IMG/VR virus record: IMGVR_UViG_3300000969_000009 | Location: 1-43,942 of that record | Length of the DNA: 43,942 nt | Reading direction: 5' to 3' (one strand) | From: a virus | In this document: positions 28,064-35,153 of the stretch, piece by piece | How the letters are laid out: every line of letters begins with the position of its first letter | Position numbering within the stretch: position 1 is the stretch's first letter | Program-made: the position numbers and the translations under genes | The notes under the pieces: model-generated | Databases searched by the model: none | The model's input: only the letters and a program-made list of their open reading frames with translations | What the model was told of the DNA's origin: nothing

Positions 28064-28196
28064 CCTCTTTCATGTGATAGCCGCATATACAGCCATCCAT
28101 TACTATTAGCTTGCCTTTTATGCTCTCGCATTCTTCATCAGTCATGCAATCAATCATCTCGGCAAACTCTAGTATGTTCATTACGCGGTCTTTCAT
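28041..28196 (-). CDS. small Cys-containing ORF (51 aa), below the ORF-track cutoff
   Basis: I translated it by hand as MKDRVMNILEFAEMIDCMTDEECESIKGKLIVMDGCICGYHMKEDEGSEPS. It fills the gap between the 739-aa gene and terS and overlaps the terS start. GGTGA lies close upstream. Confidence 0.35.
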   Translation of the reverse strand: MKDRVMNILEFAEMIDCMTDEECESIKGKLIVMDGCICGYHMKEDEGSEPS

Positions 28197-28237
28197 GCAT
28201 CACCAATACCGCCAATCTTCATTATCAATGCTTCCCA

Positions 28238-30457
28238 TTAGGCAAGCTCATAATGGAACGTTGGCGGATTACTGCCGTTATTGTTATTGCCAGCAGGGAA
28301 CAACAAGCCACTTGTAATATTTGATGGATTCTCATTTGGCGCTAATTGCATAGAAAATAAATGGTTATATGTGCCGTCTGAGTTAACCCTGTTTTCGTAT
28401 GTGATCACGCCGTTAGCAATCGTCGGCAAGACTAGATCTGGGATGTCTGCATAAGGCACAGACTCAACGAATATTTCCAAGTTAATTGCTGATCCTACGT
28501 TACTTCTGAAGTTAACAGCGAACGTGTCTACGTCTTTATTGAAAAAGGTGCTTGTTGCGCCATCTGTATCTAGCGGTAGAGTCGGCTCTAAGCTAGTTTT
28601 AAGTATGTACGTGCTTGGTATAGCAAAAAGACGCGTAAAACTTCCATCAGCGTTCAACTGATTCCATATTGACGTAGCCGTGTTGCTGTATTCTGTTAGA
28701 TCATAAAATTGACCGTCGACAGTATCTTCGTATGTGACGGGCTGTCCTGCTGGCAGATAAGGAAGTGGAATTAATGGCGCTAACTTGTTAGTTAAAATAG
28801 TAATAGAGTCAATGCCACTATTACCACCCACCAAGGCGCGAACTTGCACTTGATTAGAATCAACAATCTGAACACCAGTAGCTAGCCCACCCTCTCTAGC
28901 TACATTAGCCTCATTGTCTAGGAATATCCCTTGCGCCCTTGTTCCATCGCCATAAGTGATTAGAACAATATCCCCGTCGCGCACACCCGATAATTCTGGG
29001 TTAACCGCGCCAATATCTGCATAACTAGGCGTTAAAACAACACCAGCACCAGTAATCACATCAATCCGATTACGAACACTTGTAATAGGAGCTCTAACTT
29101 CAATATTAAGAATACGAACTTCCCTACCACTGTCAGTAATAGATAATTCGCCCGTTAGTGGGTCGATAACATTTATGTTTAAAAAATCATTATCGAAAAT
29201 ATGCACGCTTGCATCTGCTGGTGAGCCAGAAGCAAAATTTCTTAACAGGTCGTCTACATCAATCTGCTGTTTTGCCCAGTTACGTTGATTAGTTAAATCA
29301 TCCTCTGGATTGATAATTAATTCCATTCCAGACATAGACGTCAAGTCAAATCCCAACACTATGTTATTGGGCAATGAGACTGGCGCGTCACTGAAGTCTG
29401 AAAAATGAACTTGGTATATGCCTGTTGGCTCATTAACCAAATTAAGCACACGGTCTTCTTCCTGACGTGGTACTTGTATGCAATCCGCAGGCGCAATGAC
29501 ATCTAATATCAAATTAGCCGCTGAAGAACCTCCGCCAGCAAAGAAATCAATAAATATTTCTTGCCCTGATTCTAGAGAGATTGCGTATTCTTTCTCTGGT
29601 GTAGCAGTGAATAAACGATCACCCTCACCATTGAATAAGTCTTGCGTTCCTTGTGTCGCACCCACATATAAGATTGCACCACTTGAGCCAGTGAAGCCAG
29701 TGCCACTAAATCTAAACGTGTATTCACCCGAGCATGTAGCCGTAAATGAACCAGCGCTTTGACGACCGCCAGCATTGGAAACGCTGAACCCCTCAAATAG
29801 AGGCGGCTGGACTTGCACGCCTAACCCACCAATAGGATTTAACGCCCCATTAAACGAGCTAAACACCTCGCCGTCTATGCGAACTAACGTTTCATCCGTT
29901 TGTAGCTCAAAATCAAAGCCTGAGAGAGTATCGAAGCTAGGAACTACTGCATACAATCCGACAGGTCGCGTAGGCGTTGCGGTCGTGTTCCAATAGTAAT
30001 TACCATTAATACCAAAGCCCAAAGTAGGCTCATCAGCATTAAAATCCAATTGCGCTACAGCATCCACCACTGAGGGCGAGCCATAGCTCGGCTGAGCGTT
30101 ATTACCATTAGATATGCGGCGCTGCCTAGGAAGCCCTGCACTGCCATTAATAGTGTATGTGCCAAAGCCAGAATAAGACTCATTAACACCACCAGCACCA
30201 ACAATGAAGCGCCCCCTGTCTAGCAGAGTAGCGCCGCTATACTCACGCGAGTCAACCTCGAACACACCATTGCCGATTCGAAATAGATATTCTTGATCGC
30301 CAAGCGGGGTTAGTTTAATAAATTCTAACTGATCTTGGTCGTTTAAAGTGTGTGATCTATCACCACTAGACATAAGGTCAGCGGTAAATAGATTATCTCC
30401 AGAAACGACAGCAGTTGAGCCGCCATCACTCGAATTATTTATCGGTTGAACTGGCAT
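28238..30457 (-). CDS. large beta-rich protein, probable virion or fiber-like or carbohydrate-binding protein of unknown family
   Basis: 739-aa ORF, Gly/Asn/Ser/Thr/Val-rich with no recognised motif. It lies upstream of terS rather than with the fiber genes. Confidence 0.45.
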   Translation of the reverse strand: MPVQPINNSSDGGSTAVVSGDNLFTADLMSSGDRSHTLNDQDQLEFIKLTPLGDQEYLFRIGNGVFEVDSREYSGATLLDRGRFIVGAGGVNESYSGFGTYTINGSAGLPRQRRISNGNNAQPSYGSPSVVDAVAQLDFNADEPTLGFGINGNYYWNTTATPTRPVGLYAVVPSFDTLSGFDFELQTDETLVRIDGEVFSSFNGALNPIGGLGVQVQPPLFEGFSVSNAGGRQSAGSFTATCSGEYTFRFSGTGFTGSSGAILYVGATQGTQDLFNGEGDRLFTATPEKEYAISLESGQEIFIDFFAGGGSSAANLILDVIAPADCIQVPRQEEDRVLNLVNEPTGIYQVHFSDFSDAPVSLPNNIVLGFDLTSMSGMELIINPEDDLTNQRNWAKQQIDVDDLLRNFASGSPADASVHIFDNDFLNINVIDPLTGELSITDSGREVRILNIEVRAPITSVRNRIDVITGAGVVLTPSYADIGAVNPELSGVRDGDIVLITYGDGTRAQGIFLDNEANVAREGGLATGVQIVDSNQVQVRALVGGNSGIDSITILTNKLAPLIPLPYLPAGQPVTYEDTVDGQFYDLTEYSNTATSIWNQLNADGSFTRLFAIPSTYILKTSLEPTLPLDTDGATSTFFNKDVDTFAVNFRSNVGSAINLEIFVESVPYADIPDLVLPTIANGVITYENRVNSDGTYNHLFSMQLAPNENPSNITSGLLFPAGNNNNGSNPPTFHYELA

Positions 30458-30729
30458 TACTGAGCCTCAACGTGAATCAAGGCTGAACCATTTTTGGTTC
30501 TCACCCATAGCTCATCAGAGCCAGCGCGATAAGATACCGAGCGCTCTTGAGGGGTAAGCAATCGACCGCTAATTGAATCAGCAGCAGGCATCACGCCCTC
30601 TGCAATAATAACATTACGCTTCCAGCTCTTATGCTGAATATTTACAGCTGTTCCAACCGCAATGCCTGTCGCGTCATTGAGACTAATCCAATCGCGAGAA
30701 ACGGGCGTGTCTGGTATTGTTTGAGGCAT
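30457..30729 (-). CDS. hypothetical 90-aa protein, first gene after the late leader
   Basis: AAGGA lies 8 nt upstream of the ATG. Its stop overlaps the start of the 739-aa gene (ATGA). Confidence 0.6.
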   Translation of the reverse strand: MPQTIPDTPVSRDWISLNDATGIAVGTAVNIQHKSWKRNVIIAEGVMPAADSISGRLLTPQERSVSYRAGSDELWVRTKNGSALIHVEAQ

Positions 30730-30813
30730 AATTTATCCTTGTTTGGTGGCCTTTTGGTCAATAGCGGCCTTGACTAATTTGCAGCCGTGAAGGTGTCACA
30801 ACTAGACCTGCAT

Positions 30814-30845
30814 AAAAAAAGCCCCACGCTATGAAGCAGTGGGGC
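30814..30845 (-). terminator. rho-independent terminator
   Basis: The minus strand reads GCCCCAC (30845-30839), an 11-nt loop, then GUGGGGC (30827-30821), followed by seven U (30820-30814). Confidence 0.75.
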
Positions 30846-30846
30846 T

Positions 30847-31241
30847 CGGGTGAATCCTACATCAAGTTATGCTTGGTTCAGATTCTAGTAAATGACCTTT
30901 TTCAAGGTTTAGTGGCGCATGATCAACTTGCGCCAGCCATACGGGACGCGCCTTTGTATGGTCTTGGTGAGCATGCAAGGGTTGCTTACATGCTGAAATT
31001 AATGCCTTAGCGTTTCTGCATAAGGACTTGGCAGTTGGTGCGAAAAATGCACTAACTGAATCGCCAGCCCTAAGGCAAGCTTATCTCTAGTTGCAACTTA
31101 ACCAACGGGGTCGCCCATCAGATAGAGACATAAAGTAACCGCCCAACTTTTCTTTTAAGTGGTAGCCGCAACGTAGTAGCCCCTAGTTTAGAAAATTGTG
31201 AGTTGTGACGGTTATGTTTTGTAGTTAGCGAATATGTATTT
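30847..31241 (-). ncRNA. candidate structured non-coding RNA or late-operon leader
   Basis: No ORF of 60 aa or more on either strand across 30730-31440. Helices are close-packed at 30852-30885, 30895-30908 (GAAA tetraloop), 30913-30935, 30971-30993 (its G-U pair is valid only on the minus strand), 31004-31076 enclosing 31032-31058, and 31084-31128. Confidence 0.35.
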
Positions 31242-31317
31242 TGGCTGGCAAAGTAGGACTCGAACCTACAACCCACGCATTAACAGTGCGACACTCTACC
31301 AATTGAGCTACTTGCCA
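31242..31317 (-). tRNA. tRNA-Asn (anticodon GUU) with encoded CCA
   Basis: I folded it by hand. Acceptor UGGCAAG/UUUGCCA, D arm GCUC-AAUUGGUA-GAGU, anticodon loop CUGUUAA, T arm GUAGG-UUCGAGU-CCUAC, discriminator G, CCA. Total 76 nt. Confidence 0.9.
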
Positions 31318-31394
31318 TTATTTGTATGAGAAATTTTCAAAAGTATGAAGTTTTATATTTTGTTTTCCGCGTAAAGAACCGCAGATTTACATAT

Positions 31395-31423
31395 ATAAAA
31401 ACACGTTCCGCCAAATTATGCAA
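31395..31423 (-). promoter_or_regulatory. candidate promoter for the tRNA, leader and late transcript (weak -35, extended -10)
   Basis: The minus strand reads TTGCAT (31423-31418), a 17-nt spacer ending in TGT, then TTTTAT (31400-31395). It lies just downstream of the 31441 stop and upstream of the tRNA. Confidence 0.3.
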
Positions 31424-31440
31424 GCCCTAAATGAATAATT

Positions 31441-31731
31441 TCATAAAAACTGCATATACGCCTGCGCAATAACGCCCCCAACTTCATCACCTAGGCAATC
31501 GCACCAAGCAATAACCCTATACTCATGGTTAAAATTGCAGCCAGCAGTAACAAAGTAAGGGGATGATTTATCACCTGCTGCATTTTTCATATAACCAACA
31601 ACAATAGAGTGCGGAACCCCTTTGTCAGCAACCCCGCTAATCAAGGTTAATACGTGCTTTTTTTCTTTTGGCCTTTTCTGCCTATAACCCTTGGATGGAT
31701 CAAAAGGGTGCCACTTTTTACTATCACTCAT
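31441..31731 (-). CDS. hypothetical protein
   Basis: 96-aa ORF. Its start overlaps the upstream stop (ATGA). Confidence 0.65.
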   Translation of the reverse strand: MSDSKKWHPFDPSKGYRQKRPKEKKHVLTLISGVADKGVPHSIVVGYMKNAAGDKSSPYFVTAGCNFNHEYRVIAWCDCLGDEVGGVIAQAYMQFL

Positions 31732-32300
31732 AAAACACCCGCTAAATCCATAAATTTAAGTTTAACGCACCTTAGATGCCTCTCGTATGTTCGCTCTTTC
31801 AGGCCAACCCAATTATAAAAATAATCTCGCATATTCTTGGAGTATTCCCTATCCGTTAGTTCGCCTTGTGGGTTTTCTTGCTTGAATTTATGATTTATCT
31901 CAAGCCTAAAAGTGTACTGGGTATTAATAAAGTTCACGTAACACAATGGAAGCTTAGCGATAACGCCGTTGATATTTTCCATCATCACATCGGTGATCGG
32001 CTCTTGGCTCGGTGTGCTTGAGCCTGTTGTCATTGCGCCAGTCTCACGCTCTATTGCACGGCGTTCGCTGTAATACCAGTTAGACCACTGCCTCAATAGC
32101 TTATTAGCCGCTTCTAGCTTCTTGCGTTGTTCTCTTATGCTTTGAATCGTCTTAGTCTTGCTTAGACGCTTATATTCAGCTTTAAGATCATTTACGAATT
32201 GCTGGTTATTGTCTTCGTCTTGCTCAACATCGCTCAAACGTCGGAATGTATTATTGCGAATGTCCGCGCGTGTCTTTATTTCAATATCTAACTTATTCAT
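31728..32300 (-). CDS. hypothetical protein at the position of a lambdoid late-gene regulator (Q-like position only)
   Basis: 190-aa ORF at the end of the nin-like region, upstream of the tRNA, the leader terminator and the late operon. I recognised no sequence motif. Confidence 0.5.
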   Translation of the reverse strand: MNKLDIEIKTRADIRNNTFRRLSDVEQDEDNNQQFVNDLKAEYKRLSKTKTIQSIREQRKKLEAANKLLRQWSNWYYSERRAIERETGAMTTGSSTPSQEPITDVMMENINGVIAKLPLCYVNFINTQYTFRLEINHKFKQENPQGELTDREYSKNMRDYFYNWVGLKERTYERHLRCVKLKFMDLAGVL

Positions 32301-32665
32301 CTAACCCACCCCATAATAGCACCGATTACATTAAGTTCTGGAAAGTCCGAATAGTCAGGGAATGGACTCTCTGATTCTTGTTTAATTAGCTCAACAAACA
32401 TTTTCATAAATAGTTCATTCTCCTCGCCAAATTCATCAATAAATGCATTCTTACACTTAGAAACATTATACTCGTTATTGCTTGAAACGTCGTGCAATTC
32501 AAACGATAAAGGCAATATAAACCAATGACCTACGGCTATTTTGTTATGCTTTGCTGTACGTCCTACGCAATGGTGTATTTGTATATTAGAGTTACCACTA
32601 ACGACGCACCCATAATCAGCCACGCGAGCCATCCAGCGCTTTTGTTTTGCATTAGGTGAGCTCAT
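32297..32665 (-). CDS. putative HNH/Ref (DUF968)-like protein
   Basis: 122-aa ORF. KRWMARVADYGCVVSG...IQIHHCVGR...LPLSFELH resembles the Cys...HH...PL..H layout of Ref/DUF968-type proteins. Confidence 0.35.
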   Translation of the reverse strand: MSSPNAKQKRWMARVADYGCVVSGNSNIQIHHCVGRTAKHNKIAVGHWFILPLSFELHDVSSNNEYNVSKCKNAFIDEFGEENELFMKMFVELIKQESESPFPDYSDFPELNVIGAIMGWVR

Positions 32666-32895
32666 TAATCATCACCAAATGGCTTTTTATCCCAGTCGAT
32701 TTCTGATAAAAGGAAGTAAGATAATGCAGCCACCCCAGCCCATGAGATAGCAATCATAAATAGAATTAAAAATATCTCTTCGTAGCTTAGTTCGCGCCAA
32801 TTATGAAGTATAATCACATCATCTTTTGTTATGAAAAAAACAAACCAAGCCAACGACACCAAACACCCAATTAAATAAATACTTAAAATACTCAT
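32665..32895 (-). CDS. small membrane protein (two TM segments)
   Basis: 76-aa ORF with hydrophobic segments ILSIYLIGCLVSLAWFVFFI and IFLILFMIAISWAGVAALSYFLL. Confidence 0.6.
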   Translation of the reverse strand: MSILSIYLIGCLVSLAWFVFFITKDDVIILHNWRELSYEEIFLILFMIAISWAGVAALSYFLLSEIDWDKKPFGDD

Positions 32896-32999
32896 TCATA
32901 ATCTCCAAATAAATCGCATGAATTGCTAGAACTTGACGCAAGCATGAAGCATAAAAAATAAACTGGCACAGCAATCAAACACATACTTAAAATACTCAT
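32892..32999 (-). CDS. 35-aa hydrophobic peptide, below the ORF-track cutoff
   Basis: I translated it by hand as MSILSMCLIAVPVYFLCFMLASSSSNSCDLFGDYE. ATGA-type overlaps occur at both ends. An 18-nt start context is duplicated at the next gene. Confidence 0.35.
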   Translation of the reverse strand: MSILSMCLIAVPVYFLCFMLASSSSNSCDLFGDYE

Positions 33000-33268
33000 T
33001 GCTTATTCTCCTTGAAATGCTTCCTCAACTTTATCGACTCAAAACTAACAACGGCACGCTCCTTAAATTCTTCATCTGAATCAAAAGCAGCGTCAACATC
33101 TCTTGATGCGTCATAGCTATCACAATCAGCGCCCATGCAATTATTCCAATCATTAAACTCTATAACTTTTGGCGCTGGACAAACAGAATAATCAATGCCA
33201 CACGCGTCACAAAAGAAGTGTGCCTTCTCAATGCCATGTTCGTTTTTACTGAATTTAATAAATGCCAC
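32996..33268 (-). CDS. hypothetical Cys-rich (zinc-ribbon-like) protein
   Basis: 90-aa ORF with a GTG start overlapping the upstream stop. Cys pattern is CDACG...C...C...C. Confidence 0.55.
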   Translation of the reverse strand: MAFIKFSKNEHGIEKAHFFCDACGIDYSVCPAPKVIEFNDWNNCMGADCDSYDASRDVDAAFDSDEEFKERAVVSFESIKLRKHFKENKQ

Positions 33269-33795
33269 TATTTACTCTCCTTCTCAGGCCATGCAAGGCC
33301 AATCTTGAATGCTTCTGAAGTGAAGCGGTTTAAATTATCATAAATTGTTGAGTACTCTTTGCGCTCCGCTTCTGCTGTTGATTCTTTGCCGACGACAGAC
33401 ATCTGAACTGGACGCCATAGATGCTCCTTTACGGTGGCGCATGTCCACTCGACATCCGCCTTGGGCATTGCATCAATAATAAATTCCATGCCATCAATGA
33501 ATCGTTGATCATGCAGGTGTAATTGGTGGCACTTACTTAGAATCTCTTTCTTTTTCGACTCATAAGCCTGCTTAGGTCTACGCAATAACGCCGTCCAGAA
33601 TGACCAACCAGCGTCATTGAGCTTATCTGCAAGCATTGTTAAATACTTATGAAGCGCTCTATTCTGAATCGCTGTCCTAGTCTTAGGAAGGCGCTTTATG
33701 ATGACCTCATGAGAGCCATCGAGAGGCAATTCTAAGCAAGACAGCTGAACCTCTTTCAAGCTATCAATGTTATTCACGTGAATTGAAACAGTCAT
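33268..33795 (-). CDS. ninB: NinB/Orf-family recombination mediator-like protein
   Basis: 175-aa ORF. IIKRLPKTRTAIQNRALHKYLTMLADKL resembles the lambda NinB N-terminal region (RSLDQNRKLW). It sits in a nin-like context. Confidence 0.5.
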   Translation of the reverse strand: MTVSIHVNNIDSLKEVQLSCLELPLDGSHEVIIKRLPKTRTAIQNRALHKYLTMLADKLNDAGWSFWTALLRRPKQAYESKKKEILSKCHQLHLHDQRFIDGMEFIIDAMPKADVEWTCATVKEHLWRPVQMSVVGKESTAEAERKEYSTIYDNLNRFTSEAFKIGLAWPEKESK

Positions 33796-34178
33796 TACTC
33801 ACCCCTCTTTGCATCAATTAAATTAATCATCTGCTTTACTCTTATTGTCGCTTCGCCGCTTTTCACCATTCCCGTATCAAAGATAAGCACTGTATGACCA
33901 AGCAAAGCCGACGCGTTCATCTTTCTGTATTCACTCTGCAATGCTTGAGGCCGTGTGTGTCTGCCACCGCCCCAGTTGCCACCATTCAATTCAACCGCCA
34001 AATCATAATCAACAAAAAAGAAGTCATAACGCCAATCTTGCATGTCAGCGTCTTTGAGCCTCTTCCTAATCCCCTTGCCAAACCCTACATGGTGAGCTGC
34101 AAAACGGTATTCTCTCTCATAACGTGGCAGCTTCATTGCGTTAGCGTGGAATATGAAACGCTCCTCAAGCTTGCTCAT
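33795..34178 (-). CDS. Vsr/DUF559-like PD-(D/E)xK endonuclease-fold protein
   Basis: 127-aa ORF. YRFAAHHV...RYDFFFVDYDLAVELNGGNWGGGRH matches the D...E-x-(D/N)G...H core of DUF559/Vsr-like proteins. Confidence 0.5.
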   Translation of the reverse strand: MSKLEERFIFHANAMKLPRYEREYRFAAHHVGFGKGIRKRLKDADMQDWRYDFFFVDYDLAVELNGGNWGGGRHTRPQALQSEYRKMNASALLGHTVLIFDTGMVKSGEATIRVKQMINLIDAKRGE

Positions 34179-34378
34179 TCACAACCACCCGAACCGCATT
34201 CCATAGCCGCTAGTCTGCTCTCTTGCTCGCTATTTAATGTCAGTTGGCCTTGCTGCTCTTTTCTCAATGCGTCAAGCTGCATCTGTAGCTTATTCTTCTG
34301 AGATAACAACTTCGCTTGGCTAGATGCTATCTGTGTAAGCTCTGTGTGAATTTCTGCTATCTTTTGGTCAATGCTCAT
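34175..34378 (-). CDS. hypothetical coiled-coil small protein
   Basis: 67-aa ORF, Gln/Leu-rich with a heptad-like pattern, coupled to both neighbours. Confidence 0.55.
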   Translation of the reverse strand: MSIDQKIAEIHTELTQIASSQAKLLSQKNKLQMQLDALRKEQQGQLTLNSEQESRLAAMECGSGGCE

Positions 34379-34566
34379 GACTTCCCGCCGTTCATTTTCT
34401 GAAGACCTTTAACGCGATAATTAGTTGACCGCTTTGATGTTGCGTCGTGATTGGTGTTGTCTTCTGTAGTGCATTGCTGAATAACACCGCCAGCGTTAAC
34501 AAAGTCATCAACACGGCTTTGCAATAATCGGCGTTCTTCGCGCTTTACATTATTTAATGGCTGCAT
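34375..34566 (-). CDS. hypothetical small protein
   Basis: 63-aa ORF with overlapping gene ends. Confidence 0.55.
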   Translation of the reverse strand: MQPLNNVKREERRLLQSRVDDFVNAGGVIQQCTTEDNTNHDATSKRSTNYRVKGLQKMNGGKS

Positions 34567-34703
34567 TATTTCGCTCCCTTATGTGCTTTTGGTTTAATTG
34601 GCTTTGTCTTAATCTGGCCTGTTACAATTCCTGCTATTGAGCTGTTTGGATTTGTGATTAACTGGCGTTTGTTCTGCTTATAAATCTCTCTTTCGTTGCT
34701 CAT
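34566..34703 (-). CDS. 45-aa basic small ORF, below the ORF-track cutoff
   Basis: I translated it by hand as MSNEREIYKQNKRQLITNPNSSIAGIVTGQIKTKPIKPKAHKGAK. It exactly fills the gap, and its stop overlaps the next ATG (TAATG). Confidence 0.4.
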   Translation of the reverse strand: MSNEREIYKQNKRQLITNPNSSIAGIVTGQIKTKPIKPKAHKGAK

Positions 34704-34705
34704 GA

Positions 34706-34924
34706 TTACCACCCCTTTGAATATTTAACGACGCGGACGCTATGCCCTCGACTCTTTACTTGCTCATAATCTCGCTTTGGATCGAAGCCTTTGCGCTTAG
34801 CTTTACGCGCTAAATCTCGAACATCATTAACGCCATACTTGCGGCATGTGTTGTTATCCGTGCCGATGATCAATCCAGCGTTTAAGTCATTTATGAATCT
34901 CTCTACTGCGCTATGTTGTTGCAT
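34706..34924 (-). CDS. hypothetical small basic protein (possible DNA-binding)
   Basis: The track ORF is 34706..34939. The ATG at 34924 (MQQHSAV) has GGAGGG upstream and overlaps the upstream stop. Confidence 0.5.
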   Translation of the reverse strand: MQQHSAVERFINDLNAGLIIGTDNNTCRKYGVNDVRDLARKAKRKGFDPKRDYEQVKSRGHSVRVVKYSKGW

Positions 34925-35151
34925 TATTCGCCCTCCCATAGATCATGAGAAATGCTGTTGAGAGAGCTGCTTAGCACAACCGCCTTAACTCTTGATTCGT
35001 AAATAACCTGTGATAAATCACCATAAGCCAGCCCAATAACAACCTCAGTAAGCGCCTTAACAGCCCAAATAAAGAAGAAGACAACAGCCGCGACCATCAC
35101 CCAAATAACAGCCAAAAATCTACGTGAATATTTATTCTTTATCTTTCTCAT
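34924..35151 (-). CDS. small membrane protein
   Basis: 75-aa ORF with a TM segment FLAVIWVMVAAVVFFFIWAV. Confidence 0.55.
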   Translation of the reverse strand: MRKIKNKYSRRFLAVIWVMVAAVVFFFIWAVKALTEVVIGLAYGDLSQVIYESRVKAVVLSSSLNSISHDLWEGE

Positions 35152-35153
35152 TT

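Noticed and set aside
28046-28324. Plus-strand ORFs 28046..28324 and 28111..28317 in the gap before terS
   Set aside because: They are antisense to the late operon, overlap the end of the 739-aa gene, and are Cys/Ser/Leu/His-rich. The minus-strand 51-aa ORF (28041..28196) explains the gap better.
30831-31010. 59-aa plus-strand ORF (MKQWGSGESYIKLCLVQ...) in the otherwise ORF-free leader, just under the track cutoff
   Set aside because: Its ATG lies inside the loop of the minus-strand terminator, and it has no SD and no plausible plus-strand promoter. It would be the only plus-strand gene within 26 kb. The G-U pair in the 30971-30993 helix favours a minus-strand RNA. I cannot fully exclude it without comparative data.
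30847-31241. tmRNA (including two-piece) or a T-box riboswitch as the identity of the structured leader
   Set aside because: There is no second tRNA-like T-arm (GGUUCGAnUCC), no tag-peptide reading frame ending in a hydrophobic tail plus stop, and no T-box consensus (AANNNGGGUGGNACCGCG) or specifier-loop layout. Only the short complementarity to the tRNA 3-prime end is seen, and that is reported separately.
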